DNA of 64,000 nucleotides from Candidatus Poribacteria bacterium (GTDB lineage: Bacteria; Poribacteria; WGA-4E; WGA-3G), in the NCBI GenBank assembly GCA_965242965.1, contig OZ251518.1, positions 2,176,001 through 2,240,000 on the forward strand, written 5' to 3'. The notes beneath the pieces are model-generated. The model saw only the letters and a program-made list of their open reading frames with translations, was not told the origin of the DNA and ran no database searches. Made by a program: the position numbers and the translations under genes. Positions 9,988-18,874 of this stretch are shown here, piece by piece (the first letter of the stretch is position 1; each line of letters starts with the position of its first letter).

Positions 9988-10803
9988 ATGCGAGTGCTGA
10001 TTATGTCCGATATGGAAGGTGTGAGCGGCATTGTCGTATGGGAACAGGTGAACGGCGGGGCCGCGATGTTTGAAGAAGGCAGGCGACTCTACACGGAAGA
10101 AATAAACGCCGCCGTGCGCGGGGCTAAAGCCGCCGGTGCGACAGAAATTGTTGTTGTGGATTGCCACGGTGCCGGGCAAGGTTGGACATTTAATTCGCTC
10201 ATTCCCGATAAAATTCATCCGGATTGCGAGTGGGTAGCGCACCACGGATGGGGACGCTACGATGAGATGTGGGAGGAAGGCTGCGATGCCTGCTTGCTCA
10301 TCGGGATGCACGCGCGCAACGGGACACCCGACGGTGTGCTGTGCCACACGATTTCCACCGTCAAATACCGAAACCTCTGGTTTAACGATGAACTTGTCGG
10401 TGAAACGGGTGTAAACGCCGCGCTCAACGGGCATTACGGTGTCCCGATTGCGCTCGTCACAGGCGACGCGGCAGTCTGCCGAGAAGCGAAGTCGCTCCTC
10501 GGCGAGTCACTGCCAACTGTCGCTGTGAAGAAGGGGCTAGGCCGGTATAGCGCGCGGCAGCTCCCTCCTCGCCGCGCTCGCGAACGGATTGAGGAAGCCA
10601 CCAAAAACGCGCTCACCGAACGCATCCAAACGTTGCCTTACGTGCCTGAAAAGCCGACGACAATCCGAATTGAATTGGAAAGCGTTGATAAACTCGCCGA
10701 TTTCAAAGGAAGAACGGGGGTCGAAATCACCAGTCCGCTCACCGTTGAAAGCCGCGCGAAAAATTGGCTAACCGCATGGAATCAATTCTGGCCCTATGCC
10801 TAG
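9988..10803 (+). CDS. M55 family D-aminopeptidase (DppA-like)
   Basis: SDMEGVSG, DCHG, GMHA, HT, GETG.NA, VTGD motifs. Confidence 0.93.
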   Translation: MRVLIMSDMEGVSGIVVWEQVNGGAAMFEEGRRLYTEEINAAVRGAKAAGATEIVVVDCHGAGQGWTFNSLIPDKIHPDCEWVAHHGWGRYDEMWEEGCDACLLIGMHARNGTPDGVLCHTISTVKYRNLWFNDELVGETGVNAALNGHYGVPIALVTGDAAVCREAKSLLGESLPTVAVKKGLGRYSARQLPPRRARERIEEATKNALTERIQTLPYVPEKPTTIRIELESVDKLADFKGRTGVEITSPLTVESRAKNWLTAWNQFWPYA

Positions 10804-10825
10804 TTGCATCGCGAACGCGCGCCTT

Positions 10826-11248
10826 TTAGGCATCGTCAAGGACGCTGAGCGGATCTTCGGAGGCATCTTTCCTCTCCAAGATTTCCACCTCGTATCCATC
10901 CGGGTCTGTGATGAATGCCATCTTCATGCCGCCGGAGGTAAATTGCGCGCGCCATTCGTCCGGCCAAATCTCCAAGCCGGCTTTCTCTAACCCGTCGCAA
11001 AACGCAACGATGTCTGGGACACCGATGGCGAAATGCATCAGGTCTTCCTGAACATTGAGTTCAAAATCGGGCGAGTAAGTCAACTCCAGCGTGTGCGCAT
11101 TCCCCGGAAGTTCGAGATGCACTATCTGGTTCCCTGCCGGGGACTTGTCGCTCCGGCTGAGGACTTTGAATCCTAAGTGGTTGCAATACCAATCGATCGA
11201 ATCGTCCAGGGCGCTGACGCGGACCCGGGTGTGTAAAAAAACAGCCAT
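10826..11248 (-). CDS. VOC/glyoxalase (lactoylglutathione lyase-like) protein
   Basis: FLHTRVRV, LELTY, HFAIGV, FITDPDGYEVE. Confidence 0.9.
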   Translation of the reverse strand: MAVFLHTRVRVSALDDSIDWYCNHLGFKVLSRSDKSPAGNQIVHLELPGNAHTLELTYSPDFELNVQEDLMHFAIGVPDIVAFCDGLEKAGLEIWPDEWRAQFTSGGMKMAFITDPDGYEVEILERKDASEDPLSVLDDA

Positions 11249-11261
11249 GTTGTTCTCCTTC

Positions 11262-11337
11262 TTTTTGTTTCGATCGGGCGATCAAAACCTATTTTGAGAT
11301 TTTGTTTCGATCAGGCGATCGAAACCTATTTTGAGAT
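11262..11337 (-). repeat. Two tandem ~37-bp units containing an ATAG-initiated hairpin (ATAGGTTTCGATCGCCTGATCGAAAC)
   Basis: ttttgtttcgatc(g/a)ggcgatc(a/g)aaacctattttgaga x2. Confidence 0.8.
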
Positions 11338-11377
11338 AAAGATATAATAGCGTATTCCGTGAATTTTGTCAAGACTT

Positions 11378-11528
11378 GAGCAGGATTTACAAGATTAGGC
11401 AAGATTTTCAAGAGGACATTTCACACCGCACCCAACCTATCAGAACTGCCACAAGCAGCGGGGGCAGGGGATGCCCCCCTCATCCTGCAAAATCTTGTAA
11501 ATCTTGTAAATCTTGCAAATCCTGCTCC
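11378..11528. repeat. Inverted pair of 9-mer tandem arrays (CAGGATTTA... / ...AAATCTTGT)
   Basis: caggatttacaagattaggcaagatt at left; aaatcttgtaaatcttgtaaatcttgcaaatcctg at right. Confidence 0.8.
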
Positions 11529-11563
11529 GATTTCATTAGCAATTCTTTGTGGGGAGACTCAAA

Positions 11564-12931
11564 ATGAGAAAAACCGATAAATCCAACATCCTCTTTATCA
11601 CGGCGGACCAGCACCGATACGATTATCTTGAATCGGTAGAGGATGCTCCCGCCGCGCTCCAGACTCCTAACCTGCGACGCATCGCAGAACAGGGTGTCTA
11701 TTTCCGGAATTGCACCACGAACGCCCCAGTCTGCGCGCCTGCACGAATCGCTTTGGCTACCGGGTTGCAACCCTCACGCGTCGGCGCGGTGGATAACGGT
11801 TGCTTCCTCCCAACTAACGTGCCAACTTACTATCAGCAACTTCGAGATAACGGATACCGCGTCGGTTGTGTCGGCAAACTGGATTTGGCGAAACCCGACG
11901 GCTATAACGGCCGCTACGGCGACAGACCTCGGGCATACAGTTGGGGTTTCACGCACCCGGAAGAATGTGAAGGTAAGATGCACGCCGGCAGCTCGCCAAC
12001 GCCAATCGGTCCTTATACCCATTACCTAGAAGAAAAGGGGCTGCTGAAGGCGTTCCACGATGATTATCGGAAACGGAGTGCCGGCGGCTGGATTAAAGAG
12101 GGCTCCTACGATTCTGTCCTCCCGGCAGAGGATTTTGAGGATACTTACATCGGCAGGCGCGCGGCGGAATTTATTCAGCAGATTCCGGCGGACTTCCCGT
12201 GGCACCTATTCGTCAGTTTCGTCGGACCGCATGATCCGTTCGATCCGCCCACGGAATACGCTGATAAGTATCGCAACGCAGCCATGCCGCCGCATATTAC
12301 AGACGACATGCACGGGAAGCCGGAATGGGTAAAGCGGCGCGTCGTGAATCTCACACCGGAGGAAATTGCTGTCACGCGCCGGCAATACTGCGCCGCAACT
12401 GAACTGATTGACGCGCAAATCGGCGAAATGCTCGCTGCGCTGGAGCAACGCGGCATGCTTGAAAATACCTATATCCTCTACTCCAGCGACCACGGTGAGA
12501 TGCTCGGGGACCACGGGCTTTACACGAAGAGTGTCGCGTATGAAGCGTCGTTGCGGGTGCCGCTGCTCATCGCGGGCCCTGGTATAACCGCCGGACAGAC
12601 TTCAGACGCGCTGGTGGAACTCATCGATGTGAACCCGACGATTTGCGAATTGGCAGGCGTTCCTGCGCTGGAAAATATCGATGCGCGCTCCATCACATCG
12701 GTGTTGCGCGGCGAGAGTGAAACGCATCGCACTGAAACCGTCAGCGCGCTCCGCAATTTCCGGTGCATCCGCACTGCCACGCATAAACTGATTGAAAACT
12801 ACAACGATGTGACAGAACTCTACGATTTGTCAACAGATGCAACAGAGTTGCATAACATCGCGCGGACAGAACGCGAACTCGCAGGCCAACTGCGAACGCG
12901 TTTAGGACGACGTTTTCGTGCAGCACTATGA
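11564..12931 (+). CDS. Formylglycine-dependent sulfatase
   Basis: NILFITADQ, CAPAR (CxPxR) + ATG, GK, PHDP, SDHGEMLG. Confidence 0.95.
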   Translation: MRKTDKSNILFITADQHRYDYLESVEDAPAALQTPNLRRIAEQGVYFRNCTTNAPVCAPARIALATGLQPSRVGAVDNGCFLPTNVPTYYQQLRDNGYRVGCVGKLDLAKPDGYNGRYGDRPRAYSWGFTHPEECEGKMHAGSSPTPIGPYTHYLEEKGLLKAFHDDYRKRSAGGWIKEGSYDSVLPAEDFEDTYIGRRAAEFIQQIPADFPWHLFVSFVGPHDPFDPPTEYADKYRNAAMPPHITDDMHGKPEWVKRRVVNLTPEEIAVTRRQYCAATELIDAQIGEMLAALEQRGMLENTYILYSSDHGEMLGDHGLYTKSVAYEASLRVPLLIAGPGITAGQTSDALVELIDVNPTICELAGVPALENIDARSITSVLRGESETHRTETVSALRNFRCIRTATHKLIENYNDVTELYDLSTDATELHNIARTERELAGQLRTRLGRRFRAAL

Positions 12932-14082
12932 GCACTAATTTTGACGCGCGTCGGGCGTATCAGCATGTCAGGGAGATTGCCTTTCCGCGGGGCGTTGGGA
13001 GCGCGGGTGAAACGGCGGCGCGTGAGTATATCGTCCGGCATTTCAGGGACCTGGGACTGCATGTCGTGCGGGAGCCTTTCCACTTCACAAAATTCCCTGC
13101 GGAGGTGCTGCCGCGTCTCGTTTGTGCTATTTTCACACCGATTGTGTTCATGGTGCCGTGGCTCGGCGAACGGTTTCCTATCGGCATGTGCATTCTTTGC
13201 CTAGGAAGTCTCGCCGTGGCGATGGGCTTCACACGGTGGCAACCGTGGCTAGAAAAGTTGTATGATGTCGGGAAAAAGTGTCGTTCGGAGAATGTCATCG
13301 CCACGAACGACGTGCCTCCAACCACGGGTGCGCCGACACTCATTTTCGTGGCGCATTACGACTCCAAATCGCAAGTGCTTCCGATTGCTGTGCGCGCAGT
13401 CGCTTACGGCATCGCAATCGTCGGGCTCATCAGCCTAACGGGTTTCATACTCGTTCAGTTGCTGTTCCAATTCTGGCCGCCGAGCGCGGTTTTGTGGGGT
13501 ATCGCCGGCGTGAGCGGTTTCTGTCTGTTGCTTTTGCAATTCAATTTCACGCAAAACCGTTCGCCCGGCGGTTTTGATAATGCTTCCGGGATTGGCGTTC
13601 TTTTGGAGTTAGCCCGGGCTGGCATGTCTCAAAAAGCGCGATGCATTTTTCTCGCCACCGGTGCGGAAGAATACGGTATGTGCGGCGCGTTGCGCTATAT
13701 CCAACGGCACGCCGAAGAATATAACAAGCACCAAGTCTTTGTGCTCAACCTTGATGGGCTTGGCGTTGGCAATTCGGTGGATGTCATCACGCGCTATGGT
13801 ATACCGCCGCTTCGCACGGCGCGAAAACTCGCTGAGGCACTTCAAACATCGGGTGAAGCACTCGGTATAAACGTTAGGGAACGCTATTTTCCGATCGGTG
13901 TCGGATTTGACAGTATCCCGATTGCAAGCCGTGGATTTGAGGCAGTCACGCTCACGTCGGGAGATGTCGGCAAGGTAGCCTTAAAAGTCCATTCCAAACA
14001 CGACCGGGGTGAACTGCTCAACGTAGCCAGTTTACAACGCGTAGGTGAACTCATTTTGTTGTTCCTAGGCGAAAGAACGTAG
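12928..14082 (+). CDS. Membrane-embedded M28 family Zn peptidase
   Basis: AHYDSK, DNASG, GAEE, NLDG motifs; hydrophobic segments. Confidence 0.88.
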   Translation: MSTNFDARRAYQHVREIAFPRGVGSAGETAAREYIVRHFRDLGLHVVREPFHFTKFPAEVLPRLVCAIFTPIVFMVPWLGERFPIGMCILCLGSLAVAMGFTRWQPWLEKLYDVGKKCRSENVIATNDVPPTTGAPTLIFVAHYDSKSQVLPIAVRAVAYGIAIVGLISLTGFILVQLLFQFWPPSAVLWGIAGVSGFCLLLLQFNFTQNRSPGGFDNASGIGVLLELARAGMSQKARCIFLATGAEEYGMCGALRYIQRHAEEYNKHQVFVLNLDGLGVGNSVDVITRYGIPPLRTARKLAEALQTSGEALGINVRERYFPIGVGFDSIPIASRGFEAVTLTSGDVGKVALKVHSKHDRGELLNVASLQRVGELILLFLGERT

Positions 14083-14087
14083 TTAAT

Positions 14088-14530
14088 TGAGGGTGTTTCA
14101 TATTTCGATGCGTTCGGTAGGAGAGACCTCCTGGTCTCGATGCAATAGGCGGCGCGCCTACCGGAGCCGCGGCGGCAGAAGGTCCCCCTTCATCGTAGGG
14201 CGAGGGCCCGCGCAGGTTTCCACACGCGCAGGCGAGCCGGTTTCCCTCGCCAACGTTCGCTCGCCATGCCCTATAGGTCAGGCTCGCCTGATCCTGACCC
14301 GTTTGTGATCAGGCGAGCACAAACTACAGAGAGGGAAACACACATCGGGACGATGGACAACGCGGGGGACAGGCCCACGCGCTACGGGAAAATCGAGACC
14401 GGGAGGTCTCTCCTACGGGAGCATCGCTTCGGGTAGGAGGGACATCCTTGTCCCGATACGCACAGTATAAAACGCATCGAGACCAGGAGGTCTCTCCTAC
14501 GGGTGTGCATCGATTTATGAAACACCGTCA
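14088..14530. mobile_element. MITE-like element: 24-bp imperfect TIRs enclosing REP cargo
   Basis: Left TGAGGGTGTTTCATATTTCGATGC; right GCATCGATTTATGAAACACCGTCA (21/24 match); TTAA just outside both ends. Confidence 0.65.
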
Positions 14531-14583
14531 GTTAATGACAACCTCACTGACGGATTACGTAAAGATACACACTTGCAACAACC

Positions 14584-15264
14584 ATGCATATCAAACGCAT
14601 TGCGAAAGACAGAAAACCTGTCACAGGGATTATCCTCGCGGGTGGGAAAAGCCGACGGATGGGGAAAAATAAGGCGTTGCTGCGGCTCGGCGATAAGACA
14701 CTCATCGAACACGTGATATGTCCGCTTCGCGAAGTGACAGACGAACTGCTGCTCATCACCAAGAGTCCGCAAGAATACGCGCACCTGAACCTCCCGATGC
14801 ACGATGATATTCTGCCGAATGCCGGGGCGTTAGGGGGCCTCCACGCCGGTCTGACGTATGCCTCGCACGAACTTGTGCTCTGCGTCGCGTGCGATAGCCC
14901 GTTCTTACAGCCTGCGCTGCTTACCTACCTCATTTCGGCGATGGCAACGGAGGACGATGCTGTCGTCCCTTACACCGAAGCCGAAGATGCATCGGGCAAA
15001 AAACGCCAGACAAAATACCAGACGCTGTGCGCTGTCTACTCAAAACGGTGTTTGCCGGTGATTGAGCAAATGGTGTCGGCATCGGAGTTGCGCGTGCATC
15101 AACTCTATCGGCGTATCCGCTGCAGAGAGGTGCCGCCGGCGATATGGCGAACGTTTGATGCGGAAGGCGTGTCATTTTTCAACGTGAACACCCGCGCGGA
15201 TTTCGTATTGGCACAGTCCATATTGATACGGGGCGAGGGACAGGAAACCCTCGCCCTGCGGTGA
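14584..15264 (+). CDS. mobA: Molybdenum cofactor guanylyltransferase
   Basis: ILAGGKSRRMGKNKALL, GALGGL, VACDSP, FFNVNT. Confidence 0.93.
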   Translation: MHIKRIAKDRKPVTGIILAGGKSRRMGKNKALLRLGDKTLIEHVICPLREVTDELLLITKSPQEYAHLNLPMHDDILPNAGALGGLHAGLTYASHELVLCVACDSPFLQPALLTYLISAMATEDDAVVPYTEAEDASGKKRQTKYQTLCAVYSKRCLPVIEQMVSASELRVHQLYRRIRCREVPPAIWRTFDAEGVSFFNVNTRADFVLAQSILIRGEGQETLALR

Positions 15265-15273
15265 AAGGAGATG

Positions 15274-15999
15274 TTAATCGTCCTTGGGCCGATACTCAGT
15301 CAGGTGCGGTGGCAGAGGGAGATATTTGTATCCCTGTTTGCGCCGTTTTTCGCCTTGCGCAACTAAATACGCATAGCGTTCCTCAATCGTCTTGAACTGC
15401 GCACTGAACTCCTGTCTCATTCGGGCGCATTCTTCGAGGACCGGGTCGGTGTAAGTCTCCGGATCGAAGCCGGGGAGATAACACTTTCCAACGAATTTTT
15501 CTTTCATGACAAGTCCCTCCATTAAGATTGTCGGTGTGCAGATAGTAACAGGCTGAAACCCGGCTGCTTCGCACACACGGTAGATTTGCCGGCGTTGGTT
15601 TTCATTGACGAGATGCTTGTGGTTCCACGAGACAAGGTAATCCACACCCTGCACCGTGGCGATAGCAATGTGTTCAGCGTCTTCTCTTGATTTTGCTGGC
15701 ACGGCACGGGCGGCGAGCAGCTGCTGCACAAGGGCAAAAGCTTCCGCAGAGAAAGGTAAGCAAGGGAAGTGCACAATGGCAGCGTTCCGCTTCCTTGCTT
15801 GAGCCCGATCGCCTCTGCTGATTTCACCAATCACTGTGTCGGAAACCACAAACGCAAATTGGTTTTGAAAATTCCTCCAAAAGCGGCGGCTTTCCGCTTG
15901 CCACAAGGCAAGTTGTGAATTCTGGCTCGGGTCCGCCACGTAGTAACTGATAACCGTCGGGTCAAGATAGACTCGCGGGTTTTGTGCATAGGTGAACAT
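15274..15999 (-). CDS. PIN-domain (VapC-like) protein fused to a short C-terminal partner domain
   Basis: YLDPTVISY, DAEHIAIA, DYLVSWNHKHLVN, ICTP; C-terminal DPVLEECARMRQE segment. Confidence 0.8.
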   Translation of the reverse strand: MFTYAQNPRVYLDPTVISYYVADPSQNSQLALWQAESRRFWRNFQNQFAFVVSDTVIGEISRGDRAQARKRNAAIVHFPCLPFSAEAFALVQQLLAARAVPAKSREDAEHIAIATVQGVDYLVSWNHKHLVNENQRRQIYRVCEAAGFQPVTICTPTILMEGLVMKEKFVGKCYLPGFDPETYTDPVLEECARMRQEFSAQFKTIEERYAYLVAQGEKRRKQGYKYLPLPPHLTEYRPKDD

Positions 16000-16129
16000 G
16001 AAAGAATTATACCTTTATTTCCGGTAAATGTCCAGAAAATTGTGGGCAGGATTCGAGAGTGATAGGAGACACTTCTCCTCCTTTTGTCCCTCGCCGGGCA
16101 TGAAATCCCGCAAATCCCCTATTCAGACA

Positions 16130-16600
16130 TCAGACAGCCCCTTCCAACTCCGCCTGACACTCAGCACAATACCCAATAATTTCATTCCGGAAGCGGACAG
16201 ATTTAAACCCGTGCTCTTCGCACACGGCTTTTTGGAGCGCGTCGATTTTCGGTTCCCTGAATTCGACGATCTGGTTGCACCGGAGGCAGATCAGATGCGC
16301 ATGTTCACGAAGCGAATGGATGCTCTCATAACGGGTATTCTTTTGCGCGTCAATAAATTCTGTCAGCAGCCCGCTTTTGACGAGGAGCGGCAGCGTCCGG
16401 TAAATCGTCGGCCGCGAGGCGAGGTAGCCGTTCCGCCGCATCTGAACGAGTAAGTCTTCGGCTTGGAAATGCCCGTTGTAGGCGTAGACCTGCTCTAAAA
16501 TGTCCTGCCGTTTGCTGGTCAGACGGAGCCCGCAACTTTCAAGATAGTCTTTGAATTGTTTAACAAAATCGGAGGGGATTGTGTTTTCGGTGCTTTTCAT
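16130..16600 (-). CDS. Fur family transcriptional regulator
   Basis: GLRLTSKRQDIL, SRPTIYRTL, HAHLICLRC, GYCAEC. Confidence 0.93.
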   Translation of the reverse strand: MKSTENTIPSDFVKQFKDYLESCGLRLTSKRQDILEQVYAYNGHFQAEDLLVQMRRNGYLASRPTIYRTLPLLVKSGLLTEFIDAQKNTRYESIHSLREHAHLICLRCNQIVEFREPKIDALQKAVCEEHGFKSVRFRNEIIGYCAECQAELEGAV

Positions 16601-16765
16601 GGTGATTCCTTATTTCAACGTTCGCGGGGGACAGGCCCCGCGCTACGGTATCAGAGGGCGGCACTCGCGGGGGACAGGCCCCCGCGCTACGGTATCAGAA
16701 GGTTCTCGTATCGCGGATGAGGCGGACAGGCCCCCACTACGGCACCAGAGGGTTCTCGCATCTCG

Positions 16766-17614
16766 TTATGCGAAAACTACCTTGCATCCGGGCTCTGCGA
16801 GTCGATGTTTCACGGCGAGCTCATAAAACCGCCGGAGGCCCGCGATTTCGGATTCTCCCAACCCGTAATGGATATGCTTTTGCAGGTAATCGCGGCAGAG
16901 CGGTTCGGACAAACCCAATTTGTCGGATTCAATTCGTGCGATTTTTGGGATTTGCGTTATCCCGCGCGTCTTCGCCTCGCGCAATACATTGGGGGCATCG
17001 CCGAGTTGCACGCCGGCCCGCGCTACCCAGCACGCATAGACAAACGGCAAGCCGGTGAGTTCATGCCACGCCGTCCCAAGGTCAAGGCTATATTCAGTTG
17101 CGTCCAATCGTCGAAGGGCGGCATCGCCGATGAGTAGCACGGCTTGATAGTCTGCCGTGCCCGGGTCAGTGGACGGCGCGCACGGTGTGAACGTCGGCTG
17201 AATGCCGTATTTCTCAGCCAGCAAAATTTTCAGGAGCGCGATGGACGAACGCGAACTGGTATCCAATGCGATTTGCCGAATCTCTGAAATCGGCACGCGG
17301 CTGAAAAGTTGGATGCTGAGGACACTCCCGTGCGAAGCGATTGCAATGTCAGGCAAAATGCGGCACCCGGCATCGGAGGAACGGAAGTATTCAATAATCG
17401 GAATCAAGCCGATGTCCAGTTCCTCTGCCTTTAACAGCACGGCGAGTCGGCTCGGCACCTCAACGCTGAGCGCGATATCCGTCGGAATCTCCCCGTTCAA
17501 GAGCGGATAGATAAGCGGTTTCGTGTTCAAGAACGAAACCGCCCCGACTCTTAATCGCGATTTGCCATCACCACCGCCCGATCGGTTCTCGGCTACGCCG
17601 CTTTTCTGTGCCAC
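16766..17614 (-). CDS. mqnA: Chorismate dehydratase (futalosine pathway)
   Basis: GAVSFLNTKPL, GSVLSI, SSRSS, LLIGDAAL, DLG..W...TGLPFVYACW; overlaps mqnE. Confidence 0.92.
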   Translation of the reverse strand: MAQKSGVAENRSGGGDGKSRLRVGAVSFLNTKPLIYPLLNGEIPTDIALSVEVPSRLAVLLKAEELDIGLIPIIEYFRSSDAGCRILPDIAIASHGSVLSIQLFSRVPISEIRQIALDTSSRSSIALLKILLAEKYGIQPTFTPCAPSTDPGTADYQAVLLIGDAALRRLDATEYSLDLGTAWHELTGLPFVYACWVARAGVQLGDAPNVLREAKTRGITQIPKIARIESDKLGLSEPLCRDYLQKHIHYGLGESEIAGLRRFYELAVKHRLAEPGCKVVFA

Positions 17615-18729
17615 CGTTCTCCCTCTCGGATGATTTCGTTGTAGAGCGTGTCACGTTCAACAGGCACAAATCCTGCTTCTTCAATGAGGCGCGTGAGTGC
17701 TTGCACGGAGACTGCCTCCGGCGTATCTGCGCCAGCCATGTGCGTGATCTTCTCCTCTGTCACCGTGCCATCAATATCGTCTGCGCCAAAACGAAGCGCG
17801 ACTTGGGCGGTTTTCAACCCTGTCATAATCCAATATACCTTGATGTGCGGCAGGTTATCTAGCATCAGTCGCGCCACGGCGATGTTACGCAGGTCTGTCA
17901 CCCCGGAAGTTGAGGGGAGGTATGCCATCCGCGTGTTAGCAGGATGAAACGCCAGGGGAATGAACGTCACAAATCCGCCGGATTTATCCTGCTGTTCGCG
18001 CAAGCGAATGAGATGATCTACGCGGTCTTCGTTACTTTCAAGGTGCCCGTAGAGCATCGTCGCGTTGGTAGGAATACCGAGTCGGTGCGCAATGTCATGC
18101 ACCTCTAACCATCCCTCTGCGCTGAGTTTGCCGGGACAGATTTTCTCGCGCGTCTCTTCGGCGAACACCTCGGCACCGCCGCCGGGTAGCGAGTCTAACC
18201 CTGCATCCTTCAACTGCGTTAATACCTCCTCTATTGACATCTTAAAGATGCGCGAGAAGTGGTGAATTTCAACAGCCGTGAAGAATTTGAGGTGGACCTG
18301 GGGCATCCGTGCCTTAAGCCCACGAATGATGTCAAGGTAGTAGTCAAACGGCAGTTTGGGGTGCAGTCCGCCGACGCTATGAACCTCGGTGCATCCGTGC
18401 TCTATTGAATACATCGCCTTGTCCAAAAACTCGTCAACGCTCATCTCCCATGCGCCCTCGGTTTGCATATTTTTTCGGGCGAATGCACAGAAGTGGCAGC
18501 GCGCGTGCAGGATGCACACATTCGAGTAGTCAATGTGCTGGTTGATGTTATAGTAAGCGATGTTGCCGCTGAAACGTTCGCGGACGTGATTAGCGATGAA
18601 GCCGACACCGGTAATATCGGGGCTTTCGTAAAGCGCAACCCCGTCGTCAAAACTGAGGCGTTCCTCTGCCTTGACTTTATCGTAGATAGCCGGCAATCTG
18701 ATGTCTGTAAAGCGACTATAGTTCTCCAT
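17593..18729 (-). CDS. mqnE: Aminofutalosine synthase, radical SAM
   Basis: VGGLHP, PGGGAEVF, NATMLYGHLE, FIPLAFHPANT, HIKVYW, FGADDIDGTVTEEKITHMAGA; adjacent to mqnA. Confidence 0.9.
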   Translation of the reverse strand: MENYSRFTDIRLPAIYDKVKAEERLSFDDGVALYESPDITGVGFIANHVRERFSGNIAYYNINQHIDYSNVCILHARCHFCAFARKNMQTEGAWEMSVDEFLDKAMYSIEHGCTEVHSVGGLHPKLPFDYYLDIIRGLKARMPQVHLKFFTAVEIHHFSRIFKMSIEEVLTQLKDAGLDSLPGGGAEVFAEETREKICPGKLSAEGWLEVHDIAHRLGIPTNATMLYGHLESNEDRVDHLIRLREQQDKSGGFVTFIPLAFHPANTRMAYLPSTSGVTDLRNIAVARLMLDNLPHIKVYWIMTGLKTAQVALRFGADDIDGTVTEEKITHMAGADTPEAVSVQALTRLIEEAGFVPVERDTLYNEIIREGERWHRKAA

Positions 18730-18795
18730 TAATTTTCCTTATTTCATTAGGATAGACGCAAAACGATGCATTTGCGCCTATCCTGAAAAAATTTC

Positions 18796-18849
18796 TTGAC
18801 ATATATCTCACAATAAAGGTATTATAGCATAGTAATCTTAAAAATGCAA
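18796..18849. promoter_or_regulatory. Overlapping divergent sigma70 promoters
   Basis: + strand TTGACA-18-TATTAT (18796-18825); - strand TTGCAT-17-TATAAT with TG extension (18849-18821). Confidence 0.6.
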
Positions 18850-18874
18850 GAATTTTTGAAATCGAGATAAAATT

